Shown in pieces: positions 24,906-34,191 of a stretch of 57,645 bases of DNA (its first letter is position 1; each line of letters begins with the position of its first letter). The notes beneath the pieces were generated by a model. It was not told the DNA's origin, did not search any database, and was given only the letters and a program-made list of their open reading frames with translations. The translations under genes were made by a program, and so were the position numbers. Source of the DNA: Candidatus Parcubacteria bacterium (GTDB lineage: Bacteria; Patescibacteriota; Minisyncoccia; Phycocordibacterales; UBA918); NCBI GenBank assembly GCA_039799085.1, contig JBDLTL010000001.1, positions 1 to 57,645 of the forward strand. The letters are read 5' to 3'.

Positions 24906-25691
24906 CTAAAGCGATACCGGCACACCAGCAAAGCAGTTGATGATTGTCTCACGCTCGGCACTGATGACATACCGATACTGACCGCCGACCATCATACCGC
25001 CACAGACATCTGTCTTTCCTTCTGAAGTGCCGTAAATTGGGAAGCCATCAAGCGCGTATCCGACGAGTGTCCCAGCGCCAAAAACTCCGTATGCCCCCAC
25101 TTCGTTATTACGAATGAGTGAACCGTCTTTTGCAATACCAATGATGTCTGTTGAGAGACAGCTCGGGTTAGCATTTGGGACACTTCGCACTGGAAGCTGC
25201 AAAACAATTTCTTTTGAAACAATAGGCGCAGAAGAAGAGCTTGTATCAGCAGAGGTAGCCTGGCCCTCACGATACACCAGTCTTGCACCCTCGACTTCTT
25301 CAATGATGAGTCCTCGCGGGCTCCATGCTGGAGTTGCTATGCGGTAATTAACGCACTCTTTTACAGCCACAGCTGCTTCTGCACCTTCCTCCACTTCTGG
25401 AAGTGGCGATTCTTCAGACACTGTCTCTTCCACTTGTGACTCAACTTCTTCATCAAGACCCAAGGCGGCGATTTTCTTACGAAGTGAAGAGATTCGATCT
25501 TCTCGTGAAGGCTCAGTCTCTTCTGGAGTGATGACTTCGTAGGTTTCTGGCTGCTCTGTTGAAGAAAAGACCGAAGCCGACATACCTGAAAGACCTGGTA
25601 TAACACCCTGAGTCAAAGCAGTTGCCGCAATCCCCACCAGCAAAAAGGTGATAGTCGCGAGCATAAGCGCATAATCCCTCGTTCGAAACAT
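24906..25691 (-). CDS. Membrane-anchored YHYH-domain-like protein
   Basis: GYALDGFPIYG...DVCGG...GQYRYV resembles the LDxCxGH...YHYH family. Start taken at MFRTRDY because the longer N-terminus crosses the 25705-25733 hairpin. Confidence 0.6.
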   Translation of the reverse strand: MFRTRDYALMLATITFLLVGIAATALTQGVIPGLSGMSASVFSSTEQPETYEVITPEETEPSREDRISSLRKKIAALGLDEEVESQVEETVSEESPLPEVEEGAEAAVAVKECVNYRIATPAWSPRGLIIEEVEGARLVYREGQATSADTSSSSAPIVSKEIVLQLPVRSVPNANPSCLSTDIIGIAKDGSLIRNNEVGAYGVFGAGTLVGYALDGFPIYGTSEGKTDVCGGMMVGGQYRYVISAERETIINCFAGVPVSL

Positions 25692-25704
25692 AGCGCCATA
25701 ATAC

Positions 25705-25733
25705 CACAAAGCGAGGCAGCTCACGCTGCCTCG
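25705..25733 (-). terminator. Terminator of the ATP-grasp gene
   Basis: gcgaggcag / ctcac / gctgcctcgc. Confidence 0.55.
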
Positions 25734-25755
25734 CTTCCCCACACCACAGTCTCAA

Positions 25756-27051
25756 CTACTTAGAAGAACGGCTTTTAACCTTGATATCAACCATTTTTTC
25801 TACCCGACGAATATCAGCAAGGAGTTTCGCTCGTTCGGAATTATACAAAAAGAGATTAAACACCGAACGTCCACCGTTTCGTGCAAACGTCGCTTTGTCA
25901 CCCACTTTTTTATTGATATCAATCTTATGAAATGATGAAAGTTGTTCGAGCCGCTTGATACCTTTCATTTCTGTTATCACTCCTTCCTTGGCAGCAAACC
26001 ACTTCATGGCACACGCATACCCTTTGCACTTCTTTGGAAGAATTGGCTTCTTAGGAATGCGAATCAATACGTCGTTGAGGGTGTGATTGATATCACAACT
26101 GAGCTCGTGAAGGATATGACGGAATCCGCCAACACGAGCACCAATTTCGATAATTTTCCAATCATCGTCAATCTTGAGGAGTTCCGTGTGCGCAGTGGTA
26201 CTTCTAAGACCAAGTGCATGAATACCGGCTTCTGCAACAGTCTGTGCCTTTTGAATCGAGCGAGCAGTCAAACCAGATGGTGTCATTTGGAGGTAATTGT
26301 AAAAATCATCATGACCGATTTTCTTTCCTGTTGTCACCTTTACGAGCGGACAGTGATGTACCGTTCCGCGAGAATCAACATACGAATCAACTGAATACAT
26401 GTCTCCCTCCATGTATTCCTCTGCTATGATGCGTGGATCAATGAGATGATGCTCCTGCACGTAGGCTTTTTTTACATCACGAAAAGTCCGACGTAGTGTC
26501 GCTTCCAACTCTTCCTCGTGGTAACAAATCGACACAAAACGACTAGCGGCCAAGTTGGTCGGTTTGATAATCATTGGAAAGCCAACTTTCTTGGCAATCC
26601 GTTCGCGCTCTTCTTTTGAGTTTGCCTTTACGAGCGTGAACTTCGGCGTGATTTTCTTGTCGTAGAGACGAAAACGCTTGCGCATTTCGTACTTATCGCT
26701 CGCCCAGTTGAGCGACTCCGTGGTAGGTGTTCGCAGATACGGCACATGTGGAAGCACCTCAACAAATCGGCGCATGTACTGTTCAGACCGACAGGTAACA
26801 GCGAGTAGCTCACCTTGGTACGGAAGTAGTGCTTCCGCGATTTTCTGCGGTTTGGAAAAATCACACTCAAGATAGAGATCGAGACCAGGAATATTTACGT
26901 ACTCTTTCTTGGTTTCTACACGAGAATCTCGAAGCAACATAATACGCAAAGGACCACCGAAAAGTGGTTCATACGCGCGAAGCTGTGCGAGGGTGTTTGC
27001 ACTATCTGGCAGACCCATCACATAGACAATAATATTCTTTTTCTTTTTCAT
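25756..27051 (-). CDS. ATP-grasp enzyme (amino-acid/carboxylate-amine ligase-like)
   Basis: 431 aa. DKYEMRKRF, GFPMIIKPTNLAASR, IAEEYMEG and IEIGARVGG fit ATP-grasp motifs. Substrate unknown. Confidence 0.85.
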   Translation of the reverse strand: MKKKKNIIVYVMGLPDSANTLAQLRAYEPLFGGPLRIMLLRDSRVETKKEYVNIPGLDLYLECDFSKPQKIAEALLPYQGELLAVTCRSEQYMRRFVEVLPHVPYLRTPTTESLNWASDKYEMRKRFRLYDKKITPKFTLVKANSKEERERIAKKVGFPMIIKPTNLAASRFVSICYHEEELEATLRRTFRDVKKAYVQEHHLIDPRIIAEEYMEGDMYSVDSYVDSRGTVHHCPLVKVTTGKKIGHDDFYNYLQMTPSGLTARSIQKAQTVAEAGIHALGLRSTTAHTELLKIDDDWKIIEIGARVGGFRHILHELSCDINHTLNDVLIRIPKKPILPKKCKGYACAMKWFAAKEGVITEMKGIKRLEQLSSFHKIDINKKVGDKATFARNGGRSVFNLFLYNSERAKLLADIRRVEKMVDIKVKSRSSK

Positions 27052-27163
27052 TCTGCAGGCAATAAAAAAGCTGTCCTAATGACACAGCACTATATCTTTT
27101 ATGTATACGACAGTTCGTACTTGCTTCCTTGACAAACATGATAATACAATATTTAATCAAAAA

Positions 27164-27910
27164 ATGCAACTCACCTATCCGAGTCACCACTCGTGGACAA
27201 AGGATATTTCAGCCGGCATCGAGATAGATTTCTCGGGGCGAGCCGCAAAGAAAATCCACCACTCTCTTCCAAGGCTAGAAGAAGCAGGTGTCACCTACCG
27301 TATTGAGCCTCTCACCGAGCACTTTTTCAACGACTTCCTTCCTCTCTACACAAACCAGATTGGCGCAAAAGACAACGCACTCTTGCATGACGTCGTCGAA
27401 AAAACTCTCCACAACAAAAGCCACGATTTCCCCTACTACTCATTTTCACTATGGGAGCATGGTGAGTTTATCGGCGGAACGATTTTTTCACTCCGGACCG
27501 ACAAAGTATCTTACGCCTTTAGAGTCTTCGTGACCGATTGGAATCAAAGTAATCTTAAAGCAAGTCCTGCTCTGATTGGTGAGTACGTCATTGCTGAATT
27601 CGCCACTAAGGAAGGTAAGAAATTTCTGTCTCATGGCAAAGACAGAAATCCGTATGGCATCAATGCCGCCATCGGACTTGCCACATTCAAACTATCTGTC
27701 GGCTGTAAGGCAACGGTAGCGACCGGTAGCGAAACACGCACAATAGACACAACGACAATAGACACCGACTGTCTGATTCTTGAACAACCCACCGAAGGCG
27801 ACGTCATCACAAACGCCCGACTTGTCACCAGTCGTGATACATACGAAAAATACATTCAGGTAACAAAATACCCCAACCTATTATCGGTTGAGGTACTGTT
27901 TAGAGATTAG
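27164..27910 (+). CDS. Hypothetical protein, possibly acyltransferase-fold, divergent from the ATP-grasp gene
   Basis: The ORF is open from 27101. TTGACA at 27129-27134 followed by TATTTA at 27150-27155 would place the transcription start near ATG 27164. Function not recognised with confidence. Confidence 0.55.
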   Translation: MQLTYPSHHSWTKDISAGIEIDFSGRAAKKIHHSLPRLEEAGVTYRIEPLTEHFFNDFLPLYTNQIGAKDNALLHDVVEKTLHNKSHDFPYYSFSLWEHGEFIGGTIFSLRTDKVSYAFRVFVTDWNQSNLKASPALIGEYVIAEFATKEGKKFLSHGKDRNPYGINAAIGLATFKLSVGCKATVATGSETRTIDTTTIDTDCLILEQPTEGDVITNARLVTSRDTYEKYIQVTKYPNLLSVEVLFRD

Positions 27911-28614
27911 AGGCCGAAGCGTACACCCTCTGTTCCAGTTGCTGCTCCTGCAGGAGGTGTTGAAGTGGCGGAACTTGATGCCATCGCAGCAGCGGTACCT
28001 TCTGGGTCGGCTGCCATGGCAATCTGCGTAATAAATTCTTCGAAAGTTTCGATTTCCATCTTTTGGCCGTTAAGGAAGAAGGTCGGTGTACTGGTGAGTT
28101 CGAGCTCTCGCGCTTCAGTAAGGTCAGCCTTTACCGCATCACGAAGCAGTGATGCGCGCTGGTGGCGCTTGAATGTTTCCACATCAAGACCGAGATCCTG
28201 CGCATACTGCACAAAGAGAGACGCTGGGGCAACTGCATTAGTCCAAGCCTGCTGGTTCTTAAACAACATGTCATGGTACTCAAAGAATTTTCCCTGCTGG
28301 CCAGCTGCTTCAGCAGCAATTGCTGCCTGCTGTGCGTATGGGTGAATTGGTAGCGGGTAGTGCTTGTACTCGAAGCGAATCTTATCGCCGTACTGATTCA
28401 TAACTTCTTCGAGAACCGGCTGGAAAGATGCACATGCTGGACACTGAAAGTCTGAGTATTCGACTAGTGTCACCGCTGCTTCAGGATTTCCTTTAATCTT
28501 ATCAACGACGGTCACTCCCTCATTATTACTCTTACTTGCAGTATTCGAGTACCAAATAGCGCCCCCGAAGAGCACGACTGCAATAAGTCCAACAAGTATC
28601 CATGGATTTTTCAT
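27907..28614 (-). CDS. DsbA-family thiol:disulfide oxidoreductase, membrane-anchored
   Basis: N-terminal TM helix, VEYSDFQCPAC active site, HP...A, and PTFFLNG (cis-Pro loop). Confidence 0.85.
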   Translation of the reverse strand: MKNPWILVGLIAVVLFGGAIWYSNTASKSNNEGVTVVDKIKGNPEAAVTLVEYSDFQCPACASFQPVLEEVMNQYGDKIRFEYKHYPLPIHPYAQQAAIAAEAAGQQGKFFEYHDMLFKNQQAWTNAVAPASLFVQYAQDLGLDVETFKRHQRASLLRDAVKADLTEARELELTSTPTFFLNGQKMEIETFEEFITQIAMAADPEGTAAAMASSSATSTPPAGAATGTEGVRFGL

Positions 28615-28706
28615 ATGACGATAAGTGTATCACAGTGCGGCGACCTGCAAAAAATTAGACAAAGTTACAAAAACATTGTATTGTAACGGCCACTCTATTA
28701 CTACGT

Positions 28707-29453
28707 ATGGCGGTCAAACCAAATTTCACTAAGAAAAAGAAGCGCAAAGTTCACGGCGCCACCTTCTGGGATAGCGAATACACCAATCCTTCCCACTTGA
28801 AGCTCTCTACTGTTGAGAGTGGTGACTTGGCAAAATTTACTCGTTGGCTCGGCCGTCAGGACACCAATCTCATCCTAAGACAAGGAGCAAGCGCCGTTGA
28901 CGCAGGCTGTGGCAATGGTCGTAACCTCATTTACCTCGCTCGAGAATTTCATATGAAGGGATTTGGCGTCGACATTTCCTCCGCTGCTATCGCTCAAGCG
29001 AGGCGAGCTTCAGAAAAACTTCCTATCACCTACCAGGTCGGTAGCGCAGGAAGTGCTTTTGCACTTCCTGACGAGTCACAAACACTCGCACTCGACATGA
29101 TGACGTCGCACTTCCTAAGCAAAACTGAGCGCACTGCGCTTCGTGACGAACTTCACCGTGTTTTGGTACCAGGTGGATTTCTCTTTATGAAAACCTTCCT
29201 TAAAGACGAAGACCTTCACACTTCTCGCCTTCTCAAGGATCACCCTGGAACAGAGGTTGGTAGTTACATTCATCCCGTCATGGGCGTAGCTGAGTATGTA
29301 TACAGTGAAGAGGAGCTGGTGGCATTTCTTTCAGAGAAGTTCATTGTCCGCAAAATCTACCGCTCACACCGTCACGCTACAAAGGGAGGTGCTGGTAAGC
29401 GTCGGACAATTTCTATCTACGCAGAAAAAGACTACGGTGTCGCCCGTGGTTAA
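28707..29453 (+). CDS. Class I SAM-dependent methyltransferase
   Basis: VDAGCGNGRN (motif I) and LVPGGFLF (post-II). Confidence 0.85.
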   Translation: MAVKPNFTKKKKRKVHGATFWDSEYTNPSHLKLSTVESGDLAKFTRWLGRQDTNLILRQGASAVDAGCGNGRNLIYLAREFHMKGFGVDISSAAIAQARRASEKLPITYQVGSAGSAFALPDESQTLALDMMTSHFLSKTERTALRDELHRVLVPGGFLFMKTFLKDEDLHTSRLLKDHPGTEVGSYIHPVMGVAEYVYSEEELVAFLSEKFIVRKIYRSHRHATKGGAGKRRTISIYAEKDYGVARG

Positions 29454-30049
29454 AACTCTCCTTCAAGAGTTCCGTACTCCATTCCAGCCTCGACAACAGC
29501 GCCGAGGTCTTTAAACTGTACGTCAGCAGGCGGAATGAAGATGCTGCCATCGACTGTCGCCCATTCGCTGCACGTATATTGAACAGTTTCATCAAGTGGA
29601 ACTGGCTCTTTGGTATCAACTTGTTTGGTTTTTTCATCTGTGACATCAGACTTGAAGCCAAAAGTGTCATCGCCAATTTTTGACCAAACGTACATAGAGT
29701 TTCCGCCCACAATCATCGAGGAGACGACGGTGCCCCCAAACTCGGCCGCAGGCATAACGAAGTCTCCACGAAGATTGCCACCGCTGGTGAAGTACGTTCC
29801 TTCGATTTTTTCTTGTCCTGACTTCTCAACAACAATCTGACACTCAAGATTTTTACCCTTTGCTTGTAGCTCGGCGAGTGTTCCGTTACCTGAGAACGAC
29901 TTCTCGTCGGCAGGACCAACACCCTCAACAGAAACCGGTCCAACAGGCTCGGTCGTAGCTGTTTTGTCTTTCGTCCCAAAGATAGCCACTACCGCATAGG
30001 CAGCTGCGAGAAGTGCAATGATAACAACAATGATGAGTGCTCGTTTCAT
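29450..30049 (-). CDS. Hypothetical membrane-anchored or secreted protein
   Basis: 199 aa with an N-terminal TM helix. No motif recognised. Confidence 0.55.
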   Translation of the reverse strand: MKRALIIVVIIALLAAAYAVVAIFGTKDKTATTEPVGPVSVEGVGPADEKSFSGNGTLAELQAKGKNLECQIVVEKSGQEKIEGTYFTSGGNLRGDFVMPAAEFGGTVVSSMIVGGNSMYVWSKIGDDTFGFKSDVTDEKTKQVDTKEPVPLDETVQYTCSEWATVDGSIFIPPADVQFKDLGAVVEAGMEYGTLEGEF

Positions 30050-30134
30050 AGGCGTTTTATATTAATGCTTCTAGTATACCTCCTTTTGGAAAAATGCAGC
30101 AGGTTTTACTCATTTTTATGTCATAATAGACTGT

Positions 30135-31139
30135 ATGTTACGGAAGATTCTGATTCGCGGACTATACGGAATGGTGCTCATACTCTGCGTCGCCACAACC
30201 GCTGGCATAAGTCTCCTTCTGGAATCAAAGCAGTTTGTCTTTGATCAAAGTATTCCGGATGAAAAAACCGCCACCGTCATCGACACCAGTCCTTTCCCTG
30301 TGAGTGTTGACCCTGTGTCTAAGACCATAGCTGACGTTGACCTCCTTCAAAACCAACCTCAAGAAAATCTCGCATACAGCAACACTAATCGCGATAGCTG
30401 GAAAGCAAAAGTAGCTGCTTTCTTCTCAAAACGTGAGTGGTACCAGAACCTCGCTTCACCAGTCTCTCGCATAATTGTTATCTGGCCCGGTGAACGAAAA
30501 GAGGAAGTTGTCAAAAATGTTGGCGACATTCTTCGTTGGAGTACAGAAGAGCGAGCTGAGTTTGCCAAGCGTATCGAGACAAGCGAGCCCTCACTCAGTG
30601 AAGGTAAATTTTATCCCGGACAGTACGTTGCTCACCGTGGCGCCACCCCTGAAGAAGTGGCGCTCATGATTGAAGAAAAATTTGATACCGACATTCTCAA
30701 CCGTTACACCACTGACGTTGCTGACAAAGTACCGCTGGAAGATGCTCTGGTGATTGCATCACTCCTTGAACGAGAGGCTCACGACTTTGAGAACATGCGC
30801 GAGATTTCTGGGGTTATCTGGAACAGACTTTTTATTGCTATGCCTCTCCAGCTTGATGCCACACTTCAGTATGCGAAGGGTGCTTCAGGAAAAAACTGGT
30901 GGCCGACACCGCGTCCAGCTGATAAGTACATTAAATCTCCATACAATACCTATATGAATGAAGGGCTGCCTCCCGGACCGATTGCGAATCCTTCTGCTGC
31001 TGCCGTCATTGCCGCTCTCAACCCCCTACCAACCGACTGCCTCTTCTACTTCCACGACAGAAAGGGTGGGTACTACTGCTCTGAAACATACGAAGAGCAC
31101 GTCGCGAAATTAAAGCAAGTATACGGTCGAGGGAAATAA
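30135..31139 (+). CDS. mltG: Endolytic murein transglycosylase MltG (YceG-like)
   Basis: ASLLEREA, VIWNRL...MPLQLDATLQYA and YNTY...GLPPGPIANP. Confidence 0.9.
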   Translation: MLRKILIRGLYGMVLILCVATTAGISLLLESKQFVFDQSIPDEKTATVIDTSPFPVSVDPVSKTIADVDLLQNQPQENLAYSNTNRDSWKAKVAAFFSKREWYQNLASPVSRIIVIWPGERKEEVVKNVGDILRWSTEERAEFAKRIETSEPSLSEGKFYPGQYVAHRGATPEEVALMIEEKFDTDILNRYTTDVADKVPLEDALVIASLLEREAHDFENMREISGVIWNRLFIAMPLQLDATLQYAKGASGKNWWPTPRPADKYIKSPYNTYMNEGLPPGPIANPSAAAVIAALNPLPTDCLFYFHDRKGGYYCSETYEEHVAKLKQVYGRGK

Positions 31140-31140
31140 T

Positions 31141-31172
31141 AAAAGGCGGGCCCCATCCGGGGCCCGCCTTTT
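31141..31172. terminator. Bidirectional terminator between convergent genes
   Basis: aaaaggcgggcccc / atcc / ggggcccgcctttt. Confidence 0.85.
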
Positions 31173-31180
31173 ATTATTTC

Positions 31181-31996
31181 TTACGCCTCCTTCAGCGCCT
31201 GCTCAATCATCTGTTCGATAGCGCTCGCTGGTAGCGCTCCGTTGATCGGGTAGGTCTTTCCACTTGGACCAATGATGATACTCCATGGAGTTCCGCGACC
31301 GCCAGTCTCTGCTGCGTCTGCAATATCTGCTTCAATTGCAGCCTTATGCTTTTCGCCTTCAAAACAAGCTGTGAAAGCACTCTTTGAGACACCAGTTTCG
31401 CCAACAAGCTTTGGAATGAGTGTTTCGATATCAGTACGATTGTTGGTAAGTGTCTCTTCAAAGTAACGGTCCGTAAACATCCAGAACTTCTCGTTGCCAC
31501 CGAGCTCGCCTACACATTCAGAAGCCATTGCTGCGGCCATTGCCTTTACCGGGTGGAGTTGCTCAAGCGGGAACTGTCGGTATACCCACGCCACCTTATC
31601 TTCTCCGTACTTATCGACTACGACCTTCAGTGTCTCGTGGTGCCGCTTACAATATGGACACTCAAAGTCAGAGAACTCAACAATCTTCACCGGAGCATTG
31701 ATATCGCCACGAATGTGATCTGCGTCGGTGACCGGATCAATTTTATTTGTTGTATCGGCTGCAGGCTCCTCAACACCATCGCCACCCTCCACTGCGAGTT
31801 TACCCTTTTCTACTGTACCACCACTTAGGTACAACCCCGCTCCCACAAAAAGCCCAGCGATAACAATCGAAACTGGAACAAGCAGGTCCTTAAGCACGAT
31901 ACTCTGTGCCGGCGCAGTTGTAGCGACTACTGGAGCAGCAACCGGAGCACTCGTTTCAGCTACCGGCTTTGCTTCAACAACATTCTCTTCAGACAT
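31181..31996 (-). CDS. DsbA-family thioredoxin-fold protein, membrane-anchored
   Basis: VEFSDFECPYC active site and GTPWSII near the C-terminus. Confidence 0.85.
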   Translation of the reverse strand: MSEENVVEAKPVAETSAPVAAPVVATTAPAQSIVLKDLLVPVSIVIAGLFVGAGLYLSGGTVEKGKLAVEGGDGVEEPAADTTNKIDPVTDADHIRGDINAPVKIVEFSDFECPYCKRHHETLKVVVDKYGEDKVAWVYRQFPLEQLHPVKAMAAAMASECVGELGGNEKFWMFTDRYFEETLTNNRTDIETLIPKLVGETGVSKSAFTACFEGEKHKAAIEADIADAAETGGRGTPWSIIIGPSGKTYPINGALPASAIEQMIEQALKEA

Positions 31997-32041
31997 AACA
32001 ATTAGATAATCAGATAACCTTTAATAAGTTCACACATACTA

Positions 32042-33010
32042 CTACGCAACAGCGTTTTGAGCTATTTCACCCTTGAGCACAGCGATTATGTTTTCGGCTG
32101 CCATAACCGCCATTTTGTCTCTCGTCTCGATGCTGGCAGAAGCAATATGTGGCGTCAAAACAACATTCTCAAGGTTGGCTAGTCCTGGTGCAAGTTCTGG
32201 TTCATGCTCAAACACATCAAGCCCAGCTCCAGAAATAACACCGTTTCTCAATGCTTCTGTAAGAGCTACTTCGTCGACAACCGGTCCACGGGAGGTGTTC
32301 ACGAGGTATGCAGTTGGTTTCATCAACGCCAATCGCTCAGAATTAATGAGGTGCTCGGTGGTTGGTAAAAGCGGCACATGGACAGATACAACATCAGCTA
32401 CCTTAAGCACCTCCTCAACTGATGAGAGGTAGGTGCACGGGATGTCAGCTTCAAGCGCCGGGACTGGATTCACATCATAGTAAACGACATTCATACCAAA
32501 ACCCTTTTGAAGACGAGTTGCAACCCCTGCACCAATCCGACCAGCTCCGAGGACACCGAGTGTCTTTCCCTTCATATCAGACCCGAGCAAGAGCTCTGGC
32601 CCCCACGCCTTGAACTTGCCTGCCCGCGTGAACCGATCACCTTCTGGAATACGCTTAGCAACCGCAAGAATAAGTGACACCGCAAACTCAGCTACTGTAT
32701 CAGTAAGGACACCAGGAGTGTTTGAGACGACGATTCCCTTTTCCTTTGCAGTTGCAACATCAATGTTATTGAACCCTACTGCATAGTTGGCGATGATTTT
32801 TACACCAGGAACAGCATTAAGCACGTCTCTATCGACAGTGTCTGTAAGGAGTGCAAGTACAGCATCGTAAGGACGTTCTTCGAGCTTAGCAATAAGTTCT
32901 GCTTTACCAAGCACCTCACCTCTTGAACCAATAACTACCTCGTGTCCCGCTGCCTCCAACGCATCAATACCAGCTTTTGGAATTGCCTGCGTCACAAAAA
33001 TCAGTGCCAT
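32042..33010 (-). CDS. D-isomer-specific 2-hydroxyacid dehydrogenase (glyoxylate/hydroxypyruvate reductase-like)
   Basis: GVLGAGRIGAGVA Rossmann motif, NTSRGPVVDE, and TPHIASAS (catalytic His). Confidence 0.9.
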   Translation of the reverse strand: MALIFVTQAIPKAGIDALEAAGHEVVIGSRGEVLGKAELIAKLEERPYDAVLALLTDTVDRDVLNAVPGVKIIANYAVGFNNIDVATAKEKGIVVSNTPGVLTDTVAEFAVSLILAVAKRIPEGDRFTRAGKFKAWGPELLLGSDMKGKTLGVLGAGRIGAGVATRLQKGFGMNVVYYDVNPVPALEADIPCTYLSSVEEVLKVADVVSVHVPLLPTTEHLINSERLALMKPTAYLVNTSRGPVVDEVALTEALRNGVISGAGLDVFEHEPELAPGLANLENVVLTPHIASASIETRDKMAVMAAENIIAVLKGEIAQNAVA

Positions 33011-33052
33011 ACTATATTACTTAAATTACGGGGATATTTTACCATACGGAAA

Positions 33053-33081
33053 ATGGGCGCCTTGCTACGCAAGGCGCCCAT
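33053..33081 (-). terminator. Terminator of the NUDIX gene
   Basis: atgggcgccttg / cta / cgcaaggcgcccat, followed on the minus strand by tttcc. Confidence 0.7.
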
Positions 33082-33087
33082 CACTCT

Positions 33088-33570
33088 CTACACCTCCTCC
33101 ACCACCTCAAGCTCCTTTTCTAGAATTACCCCAGGATGGTCGCTGGTCGCTGGTCTATCAAAATGAAATCGTCCCCGAAATTTCTGATCCGCTTCAAGAT
33201 ACGGAAACCAGTGACTGTCATCAATCCACATCTGCTCAAACGGAACAGAGGAAAATTCAAACCATTGTGGGCGCATTTCTTCACTTTCGGTCGGCTCACC
33301 ATCGTACGCGGTCACTTTGAAAATATGTACCTCAAGTTCTTTTGGCTCGCTTTCAAATGTAAAATCAAGAATACCCACCTTTTCATACGATACAGGTGTG
33401 ACACCCACTTCTTCTTCAAACTCACGCACCAGTGCTTCCTCAATACTTTCCCCCTCTTCAAGCTTACCGCCAAAACCATTCCATCGTCCTTCACCAAAAC
33501 CCCGCTTCTTCATACCAAGAAGAACCCTATTCCCTTGCACAACCATACCGAGTGTTAAAACCTTCTTCAT
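33088..33570 (-). CDS. NUDIX hydrolase (MutT-like)
   Basis: Nudix box GGKLEEGESIEEALVREFEEEVGV. Confidence 0.88.
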   Translation of the reverse strand: MKKVLTLGMVVQGNRVLLGMKKRGFGEGRWNGFGGKLEEGESIEEALVREFEEEVGVTPVSYEKVGILDFTFESEPKELEVHIFKVTAYDGEPTESEEMRPQWFEFSSVPFEQMWIDDSHWFPYLEADQKFRGRFHFDRPATSDHPGVILEKELEVVEEV

Positions 33571-33579
33571 GAATTAATT

Positions 33580-33990
33580 CTATCGTTCATTATAGACTCC
33601 CGCCACTTTAAAATTGATGTATAAATTCATGAGATAATTCCACACTCCTGTCACAGCCGCCACAATCACCCGCGCATACACGTAGTACGCACCAAAGACA
33701 CTCACGAGCACATACATTCCAAACGTCACAAAAATCAAACCGACCCCGGCTATACCAAGAAAATTAGCATAAGCACTCTGGTGTGCGCGCGTCGTCCCGA
33801 CAAAAACAAAGCGTCGACTGAGCACGTAGTTGAGAGAGACAGCCAAGACAAATGCTATGCCAGCCGCGACCAAGTAATCTACCTGAAGCCAGTCAGTCAA
33901 AAGAAAAAGTAAAGCAAGATCAAGTAAAAAGGTTCCTAGTCCAATACTTGAATAGAGTAAAAAACGTCTCAATGCCCGCGCTTCAATCAT
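33580..33990 (-). CDS. GtrA-family membrane protein
   Basis: 136 aa with 4 TM helices, and NY.LSRRFVF. Confidence 0.85.
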   Translation of the reverse strand: MIEARALRRFLLYSSIGLGTFLLDLALLFLLTDWLQVDYLVAAGIAFVLAVSLNYVLSRRFVFVGTTRAHQSAYANFLGIAGVGLIFVTFGMYVLVSVFGAYYVYARVIVAAVTGVWNYLMNLYINFKVAGVYNER

Positions 33991-34118
33991 TTTACCTTTG
34001 GCTCCCTCTTAACGTTCTTTGTACCAAGATTTTTCACAACACCCTCCATCCGTGACGCCACACGACGAGGTTCTTGCTGTTTATCAGTATGGTGATTTGG
34101 AACATTGTCTTTTTTCAT
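33987..34118 (-). CDS. Possible 43-aa basic micro-protein translationally coupled (ATGA) to gtrA
   Basis: Hand translation MKKDNVPNHHTDKQQEPRRVASRMEGVVKNLGTKNVKREPKVK. Weak AAAGAG upstream. Confidence 0.25.
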   Translation of the reverse strand: MKKDNVPNHHTDKQQEPRRVASRMEGVVKNLGTKNVKREPKVK

Positions 34119-34191
34119 ACTCTTTCATTGTACGCCTGCGATTTGAACTCGACAATGCACATCATCTTAGAGAGTGGTATCATGGTGGTAT

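Noticed and set aside
27907-27910. 4-nt overlaps of convergent stop codons (27907-27910 and 29450-29453)
   Set aside because: These are real but trivial consequences of compact gene packing. No functional implication is proposed.
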